This document shows positions 47,641-60,285 of a stretch of 64,000 bases of DNA, piece by piece; position 1 is the first letter of the stretch; each line of letters opens with the position of its first letter. The stretch spans positions 434,001 to 498,000 of the forward strand of contig JASANG010001546.1 in NCBI GenBank assembly GCA_030248215.1, given 5' to 3'. Below the pieces are notes generated by a model. The model worked only from the letters and a program-made list of their open reading frames with translations. It was not told the origin of the DNA and did no database searches. This DNA is from Enoplolaimus lenunculus. Taxonomy: Eukaryota. The position numbers and the translations under genes were made by a program.

Positions 47641-48734
47641 AAGTTTAGAAACTGAACAATAAAGTTTGTTGTCGGTTATGTTTTAAATAAAATGAAAATG
47701 GGTCAATGTGGTGAAGGTCGCTCGCGCTATGAATGCGTTTAGAGACTTATTATTTAGAACGCTTTATTCGTTTTCCCCATATATACAATATTTGTGTGTT
47801 TATAACACTGAAACCGACTTAAAACTTTCATGGTTTCAAACTCGTTAAAAACCTTTTAGTATAATAATGCTATTTCAGCAAAGTAGTATTCTCTTTTCAA
47901 TATAAAAACGTTATAAGATTCAAAGACTGGCACTGGACGACGCTGTACTTGAAATCGAATAAGCACAACTTTTAACTACGCACAAAAGGAATTGTTTGTA
48001 CAAGAAACATTGTCTGAAGTAAATATGTCTTCATTTGTTATACCAGGCATATATATTTATTTGCCGTGAATGCCGAATTTCGTTTTTAAAAAAACCCAGA
48101 AACACAGGTCAAAAATCTTCAAACTTCTACAGATTTTGAGATTTTATACTTTGTTTAATGAATCATCAAAAATAAATATTTCTTCAAAAGGCAAATTACA
48201 CCTCCATGTAGGTTGCGGATCTTGAGGTCAACCGGAATTATCCTGGTGAAATACGATTATATTTATGCCTTCTTAAGAATACTGACAGAGCAACATGATT
48301 TTGTATCCAATAAAATCAGAAAATTAATCTTGAATATATAAAAACAACTATTTTTCGAAAAAAGCCAATTGTGCCCCATAAATTGACAATGCGTATGTCG
48401 AGTAAACAATGGTCTTGATATTTATGCTTTAACCGTTTCTCAGACCTGTAGTTTTGAGCTATACTAATGAAAATAGAGTCGTGATATTTTAAGACAATAT
48501 TTTACGTGTAGTTCCCCAGTGCCAACAACCACATTGTTGAATTGGAACGAATGAAACTCAACGTGTAGTGGCCACCGTCATTTTATCATATGTCGATGGG
48601 GGTTATGGGTCATCTACGTTGTAATGCGTGCACCATTGTAATAAAATGTCCCTCTATTCTTTTGCAAGGACGTCACTTTTACACAATGTCAGAAGGTTCT
48701 CATTTTGATGTGCGGACAAACAACACACTGCTTA

Positions 48735-49414
48735 TGCGGCGTTCACGTTATAACTGGGGCAGCTTGGAACAGGTTTTGTCCAAGTTGATACGACGTCAAC
48801 ATAAAATTTTGTGATCCGAATAGCGGTTATGTAGACAAAATGTGAATGTCATATGACATTGGCTTACAAATCACTGATGTCAAGCGATCATCGTATACAA
48901 ATAACCATTTGTCATATGATACTGCGGGACATTTATGCGAATATCAAATGATATTCCAAAATTCTACTAAATATCATATGATATTTATACAGGACAATGG
49001 AATATGTGCATGCTAAATAAAACAGTAAAAAGTCGGATAATGCAGCTTTAAATGATTTCGCAAGTTGAATTAGCTTCCACGTTTCTGTTTCTCGCTAAGT
49101 TTTTCCCAAAATATATTCCTAAGTACAAATAATTCAAATTTGAAATTATAGTATCATATGAGATTCCACAGGACAATCAAGCTAGTTTACCACAACTTTG
49201 CAGACATTTTCAAACATATCATATGATACTCGCAGACATAATTTGGAACATCATATGATATTGCAGTACAAACAGTAGATGTCACATCAGGATAGCAGAC
49301 AATTCAAATTTTTTGAATCTCATAGCGGATAAACGGTCAGACAAAATGTTACCAGCTATAGTCATAGGGACGAAACGTGTTCCAGGCTGCCCCAGTTATA
49401 ACGTGAAACCCGCA
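48735..49414. mobile_element. PIF/Harbinger-like MITE, 680 bp
   Basis: TIR TGCGG..TTCACGTTATAACTGGGGCAGC.TGGAACA, TTA TSD on both sides. End fragments at ~9123, ~16071, ~20557 and ~46205. Confidence 0.88.
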
Positions 49415-51335
49415 TTATCCACCAATGATTTTGTCCTCACCCGCTAGACACCATATTTTATTGTCTTGAGTCCCTTAAAAGGCACTAGGAGAAATCTATA
49501 GACTACAGGTATAAAATATACACATGCACAAAAAATTTACACTTGTGTTTGTATATATTTTGTAAGTGTATTGCTATAGTAGAGTATTGTCTTGAGAGTC
49601 CCTTTAAAGGATATTGTTTTGTCCAGCCGGGAGTACAAGGGAGTGTGGACAAAAACAACTATTACTTTTCAGTTATTTGCTGTACCTAGGCTGTTGGAAC
49701 AGCGTTGATTTGCACCCTGTTTCAAAGGCAGTGGGTGGAAAATTTTTTCCACAGGTGCGTGCAGTATAGCGTATATGATCCATTATTAAAATTAATGGAT
49801 TTTCGCGCATACACTGCCACGCTGGTCAGCTTTAGACAAGAAAACCAATGAAAAATATGATTTCCACTTTGATTTGAAAGGAAGGCCAATATACATCAAT
49901 ACTCATTTCAAGCAACGGCTTTAAATAATATAGAAGATTTTCTGATTGTATAGTTTTGATATTTAAAGCATGCGAGTTATGGATGTGCTGATAAATACTT
50001 AACTTATTGGGGGTATATGAATAGTTACTGAAGCGTAAAGGCACCACAAATTGCCGATATTTTTGCATAAACCTGAAATTAAATTAACGTTGTGAAACAC
50101 TTCATTTACGGAAGATACATAGCTAGTCTGTAACAACCTATTGCAATTTTCGTTAAGCAGAGAAATTAATGAATAAATGCTTGCAAAATCGCAATTTACT
50201 AACTTTATTCGTAGTTGTAATAAAGTGTTTGTATCACGATGGTTCGGCTGCTTTTAGTGCCGGTAATTACAGACCGTTGTTGCATTCTTCATCACAGCAA
50301 AAAAGTTCTGTGCATTTAGTTTTATAGGTAAAAGTGCCCCATGTAAAGGTCAGAATGTAATAGATCTCGTTGGAAATATGTAAAAAAGCTTAAGTGAAAG
50401 ATAGTTTATATAGGAGCAATGCTTTGACATTACCTCAAAGACTTCTATGTAAATAGTTGTCATACAAATATCTAACATCTGTTTATCGCTGTTACACGTT
50501 TACTGCCAATGAAACAAGAAACATGGGCTTAACGAAAGTCGTGCGTCGAACTGCTTATTCTTAGTGTGGGCTGATTTTTATTATGTATTGTATGTCAGCG
50601 ACTTGATCGAGCATTCGTCGCATTCGGCAAATTTTTTCAAATAGTTTTGTAGCAGAGTGCAACTGGAATTCCGGTTCCTTTATTTTTTCCCCTTCCGGTT
50701 CCGGCAAGTTTTTACCGGAATTAAAAATTGCGGTATCGAAATTTGATCGGTGGAAATTGAGATATTTTACTAAAAATGGCAATAAAAATTAAATAGTCTT
50801 CAGTAGTATAGTATGTAAACCTTGACAATCGCCAAAAATAAACCATCGAAGATAGATTTCGCTTCCGTGCATTTTGAAAATCTAAAATACAACAGATAAA
50901 GTGAATACCTATCGCCAACTAGGGTTATTTCACTAATATCATTGCAAAAAGAAAATTAAAATGAGTTTTTGGTGGCATGTGCCTTTCATTTTCCGGTTCC
51001 GTTTCAGATAATCTTTCAAATTCCGGTTCCGGTAAATTGCAATTCCGATTGCAACCTGTTCTGTAGGTATCTGCTGCATTTTTCAAATATTCAGATGGAA
51101 TAACCGCGGTGCAGTTAAGATGAACTAATACATTTTGTAAAATTCTAAAGACGATAATGCTGGTGGAAACTTGCATCCTCTATGCGCCGTCGATATGTTC
51201 CCACGTACATTTGTCGGTAGCAACCGACATAAGATACGTAGGTGTATTTTGGAATGCTTAGAAAAACCAGTGCATGGTATAGCGTTAACATTTCATTGTC
51301 TGTTGGGCCCTTAAGTTTATCGTTTCACTGATTGT

Positions 51336-51585
51336 AAACGTTCTAAACCGAAATACATGCGTAAGTATAAATCTAAAAGTATGCCTAAGCCTAAACAAGA
51401 AAGCTGGTGTGAAGCGTAATCCCGCACTATTACAGTCCCACTGAAAACTGGAAGCCTTTGAAACGTTCTAAACCGAAATACATGCGTAAGTATAAATCTA
51501 AAAGTATGCCTAAGCCTAAACAAGAAAGCTGGTGTGAAGCGTAAGCCCGCACTATTACAGTCCCACTGAAAACTGGAAGCCTTTG
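51336..51585. repeat. 125-bp direct tandem duplication (1 visible mismatch)
   Basis: Units start at 51336 and 51461; each contains GCCTAAGCCTAA and family-A-like ACTATTACAGTCCCAC. Confidence 0.92.
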
Positions 51586-52175
51586 AAGTGGGTCGGTTCG
51601 GCAAAAGTTCTCAGGTTTTCCCAATTCTTGTTGGGTACGTTGCGTTTTCAAAAACTCCAAATTTTGAGTTACCTGAAACATATATTGAAAAGGCTGCCGC
51701 GTTTCATTAATATTTATGGAACCTAAACATCCGCCATTTAAGATCCTGAAAGTGCGTTAGTTCTACTTTACCTGCCTTTCTCTACGCCGTCTAATATGTG
51801 CCAATTTTCCCAATTAATAACAACGTTAGGTACATTCGTGTCAGACGTTCCAGTTATTTCAGTTGACATCTAGCAACAGTATCATGTCTTGAGTGTTTTG
51901 ACTTGAATGCTTCTGTGGTTGTCGGAACTGCAACCACATTTTGAACGAAACGATTTGAAAGTTTACTCCGGATAGCACATTGCTGTCCTCTGAGTTTATA
52001 TATGGCAAGACTGAATCAACTCTTATAGCTATGTTTTATGGTGAACACAATACTTATATATGTTTGGTTTACTTTAGACACTTTAAGTATTGTTTTATCA
52101 GTTAGCAATATATGGTTTGGTGTAGATACTGCTTGTATACTGTTTTTAGTATTTGAACTTAAATCAAACAATGGA

Positions 52176-54867
52176 ATGAGTCACCGAAATAATTTTAGAC
52201 TTGTTGTGGTGGGCGGTGGTGGTGTGGGTAAAAGTGCACTGACAATACAGTTTATTCAGGTAAAACTGTGTTCTCAGTTGGAGATTTATTTGACTAGCAT
52301 TTATTAAGCATACGCCATGACTATTGTGTTCTATAAGGAATCAGAACTGGAGATAAAAGGGAATTCCGGACTGACGCATATATACGTATAATTTTTAAAT
52401 ACATACACACATAGCTTATTATTAATCAGGGGATTGTGGAAGAAAAGTTGAGACTAGCAGAAGCAAGCGGGATAAGCCTGGCATTGGAACCGGAGGAGGA
52501 AAATATACCTAGGGAGGGTGTGACCGGATACCAAAATTAGCGGAGCCAGAACCGGGTGGTAAAGTATCTGGCCAGAGCATCATATTAAGTGTATTTTTCA
52601 ATAAAATTAAGTAAACCTTAATCATAATAATTTAGTAGTACTTCATATATCTGTTATCTCAAACAAAAGTCACTGTGATGTATTGCACTTTTGGCCTTAG
52701 CTAACAGTGTAATCAGAATATTAATCGGCAAATTATAATACCGGAGCCGGATATCCAGTACACTTATTAAGTGTGAAATCTGAACGAGCCCACGACACAC
52801 GAATAATATGAACGTTGTCGCATTCGGATATAATGCAGTTTTGACGTTTTATAAACAGCTACGTATATATATCGATACGTAAATCTTGCATCACTAGTGC
52901 CCCGAATAAGCTTCGCTTCTTAATTTTTATTTTTATTTTTAATTATTTTCAGCAATATTTTGTTGTTGACTATGATCCAACTATTGAAGATTCTTACACA
53001 AAACAGTGTATTATTGACGATGAAATAGCTAAATTAGAAAGTAAGTTGTTGGACATTCGAATGTTGTGATATATGTCGTGGAATTTTCAGGTTTTAGTAA
53101 TATTACGACCAAATTTTTTGTATATAGTTCCCGATTGAGAATCATATCAAAGATTATACGTGTATGTATATTGTATATATCAAGCTCATAGATTTAGTGT
53201 GTGATTTTGTTAAATAATTGTGATTATATAGTTTTTGTTTTAGTATTGGATACTGCTGGACAAGAAGAATTTAGCGCTATGCGTGAACAATATATGAGAT
53301 CTGCCGAAGGCTTTTTGTTGGTCTTTTCTGTCACAGACAGAACAAGGTTCGTATTAATATATACATCCCATCCTATGCATATTCTGTTCAAAACGTAGAC
53401 TTGTTTCATTGAGCACCAGGTAGCAAACGTACAAAAATACACCGAAGTATCGCTTTATTCCACCGCAGCTGCATATTAAGTGTAGCTGAACAATGGTTTA
53501 ACTTCGATGACATTTACTAATGGATGGGTAACGTACGTTCCTGTATACCAGTCCCTGTACAGCTTTTGCATGCATATAAACATGTTATACATATTATGCA
53601 TAAATGTGTGTAAACACGACACAATTGGTTGTTTTTCTGTATCTGGTATATGGTGCCGATCACGTCCCTGGGACAGATCCCAGTACGTCCCAAATTAAGT
53701 GTATATACGCCTACATTTGAACAAGAAGACTACATGGATCTGAGTTTCATTTTTATTGTGTTTATGCATCGCTTAACAGAAGTATTCTATTTGTTTTTCT
53801 GGATAACTTATGTTTCTTCACTTTAATCAACAAATGTTAGTCGTATTTGAATGTCATCAATTTATGGTTTAATAGTAAAAACTTGGTTAATATACATCCG
53901 CAGCCTGTTTTGTTTTGCATAGTTTTTGTTACACCAGTTGGTTTGCTTTGTTTAGCCTTGAAGAGGTTATTCGCCTTCATCGCCTAATTCTGAGGGTCAA
54001 AGACCAGGACGACTTCCCAATGATCCTTGTCGCCAACAAAGCTGATCTCGCTGATCAGAGACTGGTAAGTATAGTTGAATGAACCAGCATGAATTATAGT
54101 TTTCAATATAAAAAGTCAAATTTATATTAAATTTTTGTAGTATCGGCATTTGAGTCTTCACCTTTGATAAAATTGAAAAAAGTCAGCGATTGCGTGTTTA
54201 AATTTTTGAATTTTACGGTAATTTTAATAGAATCCTAGGTTCTATTATTGATCATTCATTAAAATTTATTTTTTCTGCTTAACCTCAGCCACCTTGGTGT
54301 CTCGAGCTGTACATAAACACTGGAGAATATACGTACGCAAACACCTTGCACAGAATTTTGCATAATGCACTCTGTTTGATGTGTGTTATTTTGTGGTAAT
54401 TTCCTTTGCCATTTGTTTTATGTACAGATATCAGAAACATGTGGCTTAGAAACTGCATCACAACTCAATATTCCGTACATTGAATGTTCTGCCAAATTAC
54501 GCCTCAATGTTGACCAAGCGTTTCATGAGCTAGTCAGAATCGTCAGGTTAGTCAAATTTTCGTCTTCGCTTGTAACGCAATGGTATATTGGCGTATTTTC
54601 AAACATGCCTCGATCCTAACACCACAAGCCTAATCCCTGGAACAAGCCTACCCAGAAGTCTAGGGCTTGTTCTAATCTTAAACCTAAAACCTCAGGTTCC
54701 AAACATGATCCAAAATTAGTCTAAGTTTTCAAACAAGTGAACAACGGTAGCTTGACTACGAAGCTAAAATACTGCGTTGTATTAGCTTCAGGAGCCATCG
54801 CGCGCTGGAACGGCCCCCAGTCGAACCTGTGTCAAGATCGAAAAAGAAAAAATGTTCGCTCATGTGA
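52176..54867 (+). CDS. ras-1: R-Ras/R-Ras2 (TC21)-family small GTPase, 192 aa
   Basis: Exons 52176-52259, 52953-53040, 53244-53346, 53956-54064, 54428-54546, 54792-54867. Motifs [54 protein letters not shown]. An extra 5' coding exon is possible via the in-frame acceptor at 52149. Confidence 0.93.
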
Positions 54868-56619
54868 TACACGACATTGCTCTGCCGCATTTTATCAATA
54901 ATTTACTGCTGTACTTCTATATGACGATTTCTTTTAAATTTGTATTCTAACTCGAATAAGGTAGATGCATTTGCAACATACGGCTGTTTCGATGAGTTTT
55001 AAAACTAATTTGGTATATATTATTTTCGAATTTTCACCGTGATATTGCACCTTGGGCTAATTGCTTATAGGTGTGGCAATTTTCGACTGATTTCATAACT
55101 AGTATCATTATAAAAAATTTATCGGTAAACGACGACAATCTGCTTTAGTTGGTTGAGCATGTAACCCCTGAAGTTGGTTTTGACCTGGGACAGTATTCTC
55201 AGACTTTAGCACCTTTTGCCAGTTAGCGATAGATTTCTAAACAAACTATGGTATCTAATATGAAGAAATGGCTTACATCAGTATAAAACTTCCTCCACAT
55301 CAAACTTGTTGAAATTGACAAAGTTTGATTCAGTCGCTTAAAAGGAGGTGAGCCGAAGAGCGCATATTTTTATACAAAGCCATGTGTTATTTTTGCGCAT
55401 GATTACAGTATTGACGCTGGCTACTGTTGGGTTTATAGAAGGGTTTCGAATGTCAAAAAAGCTGCAATAATAACTAAATTGAACTGATATCTTAATATCT
55501 TTGAACGGTATGCAACGTCATATAATTTTAGATATGAATAGAATCATAGAAGGTCAATAGTAGCCACGTGTCTATGTGCCTTTTGTATCAGATGTTCTTC
55601 CAGCTTAATCATGTCCATGTCATATGGTGTATAATGATGACAACAATCGGTCAAACGTAATAGTAACAGTCAGTTAGTGCTTAGCGTCCTATTTTTTTAC
55701 AGTGTTTTCCTAGCTACTCTCACTCGCGGACAAAATTAAACTGCTCGCGATAACTGCGATAACGATTCCAACTACAATTGCAATTGCATAGTGGAAACAT
55801 TTCGGTCGCTTGTAACCGTGATTACAATAGTGATTTGAAACGCGACTGTAATCGAGTCAGTTGCTATGTCTGAGTCTCACATGTGGAAAAATTTAAATGA
55901 ATATTGTATGAGCTATGTAGTTGTAAATTTCATAAAATAGGTTTGTGTATTTTGGTTTTGGCTCATTGTTAAAAATGAATCCATTTGGGCTGTCTATATG
56001 ACACTTTTAGACAACAACAACAACAACTATCAATTGTATCGAAGTGTAATGTTGCGTTTCGTGCTGTTATTCGCTCAATGAGTACAACTACACTGTTTAG
56101 CAAATGTGAATAATTTAGACAGTTTGTTCTATTTATCTCTATTTTTCTTTGCTCATATTATATGCGTACTGTTTTCGCTTTTTCGGAATTGTGCTTTTTT
56201 GAGAATTTAATTTTTGGCGAAAAATGAAGTTTTAAAGAAAGCGTTGAAAAAATATTAGTTCATTTATAATTAAATTTTAGTACCAGCAGAAACTGTGGTA
56301 CATAAGACCCAATGTGTTCAAATCGGTCCTTGTGTAAATTGGTCGTACTGTATTTAAGTCATTAAAGACTTACGTGGCGTGTGAAATCGAAATTATCATT
56401 GTATAAGCCAAATGCGAGGGCATAGGAACAGGTTCAGGTAAAATTTGCACCGCTCCCGAAACAAAAGCTTCAGCCTCGTTTTTAAGCCTTTGAAATTCTT
56501 GCATCTTGCCCCTCGTGAACTGTTTAAGCTCCACTAGTGTGTTGAGCTGGCTATTGGCGTGATTAAATTTTATGATTACGGGCCGTTGCTTACTTATGAT
56601 GTGTTGAGACAATATATTA

Positions 56620-57914
56620 TGCGTCATCCACTTTATTTTGTGCCCGCCGAGTGGAAATTACACACGCCTTTTTCCAAGTACGGTTTTGCAAAATACTAGC
56701 AACGGGAAATTGAATTTGAAAACTGTTTCAATTTTCCACTACTACAGAATTTTTAAAATCGACTAGTAAATTGATAAGATAAATTGAAGTCCATTTACCA
56801 TTAGCGATTTTTAAAAGGACAGAAAAGGGAAATTGAAACAGCTTCTAAATTCAATTTCCACTGTCATTTCAAGGTTCAGTTGCCCAATGGAAAATTGGAG
56901 AGGTGTTTTTCATTATTGCAATTTAAAATATTGTCCCTATTATCGAAAATGGAGAGAAAATATTTTTGTTTTCAATTTCGATATTGTCCTCGTAAAATGT
57001 TACAATTATCGACGAGGACAGAAGGTCTAGATGGAAGACGCAAAGGTCAGATGATCGCAACTTCAAAAGAAAGAAGGCGGTGGACATTGTTATGTATCTA
57101 GAAGCGGCTTTAAGTTTTAAAATATTTTTTTTGCCAGGACCGCAAATATGGCAGAAACAGGTGGTGCTGTCTGTCTGTTGTTATCAGTATAAGAATACTC
57201 TTAGGCTTAGGTATAAGCTAAGTGCAATTGTCAAGGCTGTTTTCTTTGCGTGATTCTATGCAACTGAAGGAGTATTCGCTTTTGCAATATGTTTTGAATG
57301 ATGATTTATTACGGGGCAGTGAAGTCGTTTCCATTTGATTACCTGTAGCTGATTTTTTTCAACAGACCCCCCTGAAAATTGGTTTGTCAAAAGTTCCAGC
57401 AATTCGGTAGTAAATTGTACAAATTTGTGGGACCTAAGACTCTACAGCACTCCCATCTAGCTGTATTATTGTGTGTCTAGGTCAAATTGAGGTGAGTCTA
57501 GGTCATACCTACCGCATAGTTTCCGGATTTCACTGTGATTTTAATTTTCCTGTTCCCATTTCTGTTATATGCATCTAAAGGGAAATTGAACAATAGTTTT
57601 GACCCTCCATTTCCCACTACACTTTTTGGGCCATTTAAATTTCCTTTTTGGCACCAAAAATATCTTATCAATTTACCAATCTTATTTAAAAACTGTTTCA
57701 ATTTCCCATTGCTACAATTTTTAAAATCGCTACTAGTAATTTGTAACGCAAAACTCTATTTCCAATTCCATATACGGTTTATAAAATGTCTCAATTTACC
57801 ACTCGACAATTTTAATTTTCTCAATTTCTCGTTGCTAGCATTTTGCAAAACCGTACTTGGAAAAAGGCGTGTCTAATTTCCACACGGCGGGCAGAAAATA
57901 AAGTGGATGACGCA
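56620..57914. mobile_element. PIF/Harbinger-like non-autonomous element, 1.3 kb
   Basis: ~85-bp TIRs (TGCGTCATCCACTTTATTTT...), TTA TSD on both sides, subterminal GGAAATTG/CAATTTCC motifs. Confidence 0.9.
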
Positions 57915-59481
57915 TTATACCAGAACTGTAATTCTTAGCAGTGGTGTTTTAGTTTATGCACGGGCGAAACGTATAATAATATATACTTAGAAGTTGCTTT
58001 TAGTCTTGCAAAATTTAATCCAAGTGCCACTACAACATTCGTAATGTTTCGTAATCTCGACGTTTATGCGTATTTATTGTTTATATACGTAGTATATATA
58101 TAGCTGAATAGTGCATCTCATTTTATTGTTTTATTTGGTTCAAGGATGCGACCGAAATCTTAATTTTGCTTGCGCGTTCTAATATTTAAGTTCGGAATTA
58201 AATTTGTGATTGATGTGCTACAGAGTTTCGGTTGCATTTACATGCTGTCTTTCTGCGTGTGTGGGAGAATCTGTTATGCTTTTTACGTTTGTTTTGCATA
58301 TTATATTTATACGGTAATTATTTGCACACTGTAAATTCCAGTGAATTGATTTTAATCCACATCGTTTTTAGCAGAGGTGTGTTTTGCCAATTTGAGCCGT
58401 ATTTTTCACAAATTGAAACCGTTAAGTCTACAGTAATAAACAGATTGAGTTTAAGTTTTAAAGATTTCTTGCAGCGTTTTTCGACAAATCTCGGAAATTG
58501 AAAATTCCAAAATTGCACCAATGAATCGCAATGATTGACGAAATTAATTCTCTAAATTTCGAGCAACGTCTCAGTGGTAAAATTATACAGGTTTCAAAAT
58601 GATTGACTGAAAGAACGCGTCGGTTGCAACCAGACGATGACCGAATGATGCAAATGAGAAGTTAACCGATTTTCGTTTATATTCTATTTTACGATGGCGA
58701 TATGACAATTGCTGAAATAAAACTTCTTGCTATGTTCTTTGGGCGTTATAATAGCAGCAGAGTGTAAGCGATTGATGTTTACTTGTTTTACATTTTATAT
58801 AGAATAACGCTTTGTTTTTTTCATGTATCAGGGTACAACTGTAGCACTGGAGGTGTGCATTTGACCCGGGGAGAAAATCGGCTTCCGTAAACCTGTACAA
58901 TTTTTGCTAGGGGTTTCGGAACGTTTTAGTAGTGACATTTTTAGTGTTTTATAAGTTGTTTTTGCGCTGTAGGTTCCTTTAGTAACCCTGACAGATTTTG
59001 AGTATACAACAGGACCGCAACAGTAGGATAAACATTGCAAAACCTTAGCTTGACACTTAGTAAGCCTAACCAGAAAAATGTTTAAAGCTTTAGCTTTAAT
59101 GCTCTTGTCAATTGCAGTCCTGCAGATAAAGTATTTCGCCTCTATCCTTTGGGTAGAAGTTCGAAAACTTAGTGGCAGTGTGTAACCGGATATCCGTTCC
59201 CGATAACAATCAACCTCCGTTTCCGTTAAAGAAAAACCGGAAATTCTGTTATTTTTACGTTTGAACTTAGTTATAAATCCAGTATATATCGCAAATTTTC
59301 GAAATCTCTAGGGTATACTTGTTGGAAATAATTACGAAAATTAATTCAAAATCTTAAACAATTTCGATGCATCAGCCACTCTAAACAATTTGAGATTTTC
59401 TTATAGCTGATGAAAGAGGTGGTTTTGAAATAAATGCATTTTCATAGAAGTGCGACACCTTAGCGGGCGGTTACGTTTTTT

Positions 59482-59658
59482 GGCCAATGTAAAGAACAGG
59501 GGCGGAACAGTATTATAAGCATATTCCTAAGCCTAAGTGCAAGAGCGAGCATATTCCGACGCCTAAACCTATAAGCCAAGCAAAAAAAATTAGTCTAAAG
59601 CCTAAGCTTTATTCTAGTGCCACAGAAAAACGTTCAGCCCGTGATCTTTACACGGGCC
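59482..59658. mobile_element. Telomere-repeat-bearing MITE, family A
   Basis: GGCCAATGTAAAGAACAGGGGCGGAAC...GATCTTTACACGGGCC. Confidence 0.87.
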
Positions 59659-60107
59659 AATTTTTCAAAGACCGGTGAATATATGCACGCCTCAATTTGG
59701 CAGAAAAACAAAACTTTTGAAAAGTTTATACTTCAATATCCGTTTAAAACGGTAAAAGCCTAACTTTTGACAGCACTGTTGAAAATTTCTTAAAATTCAC
59801 AATTTTTGCATTAACAGCGTAAATTTGTCTCACGGCGAACTCAAATTCCAGTTCCGGGAAACTTGACAATTGGCTGTGGTATTTTTGTCTTCAGGTTGAA
59901 CCATTCCAGTTTTTACTTATACCTGCTATAAAGCTTGTGACGTGCACCAAGGTCAAGCGATTATGTATTATTAACATCAGGGCATCGGAAAATTTAACAA
60001 ATTTTTGCTGACTGCAAAAAATTGGTGGTTAAATGTGATTCACGGGTTACGCGGCTCAGGCAAAGTTTGTTAACTTCCGACCCAGTATTTTTTCGTTTCA
60101 GTAATTT

Positions 60108-60285
60108 GGCCAAGGTTACTTTTAGGGGCGTAACAGTATATTAACCGTATTCCTAAGCCTAAGCGTGCAAAAATGTGTTCCTAAGCCGAAACCTAAGCCT
60201 GAGCAAAAAATGCAATCTAGGATCCATAACTTATTCATTTATAGACCCACCGGAAACCTGGACGCCCTTTAAAGTAACATAGGTC
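60108..60285. mobile_element. Telomere-repeat-bearing MITE, family B
   Basis: Perfect 8-bp TSD AGTAATTT; family-B TIRs. Confidence 0.9.

Noticed and set aside
48100..48420. Possible decayed coding or retroelement fragment
   Set aside because: Stops in the frames examined and no recognisable motif.
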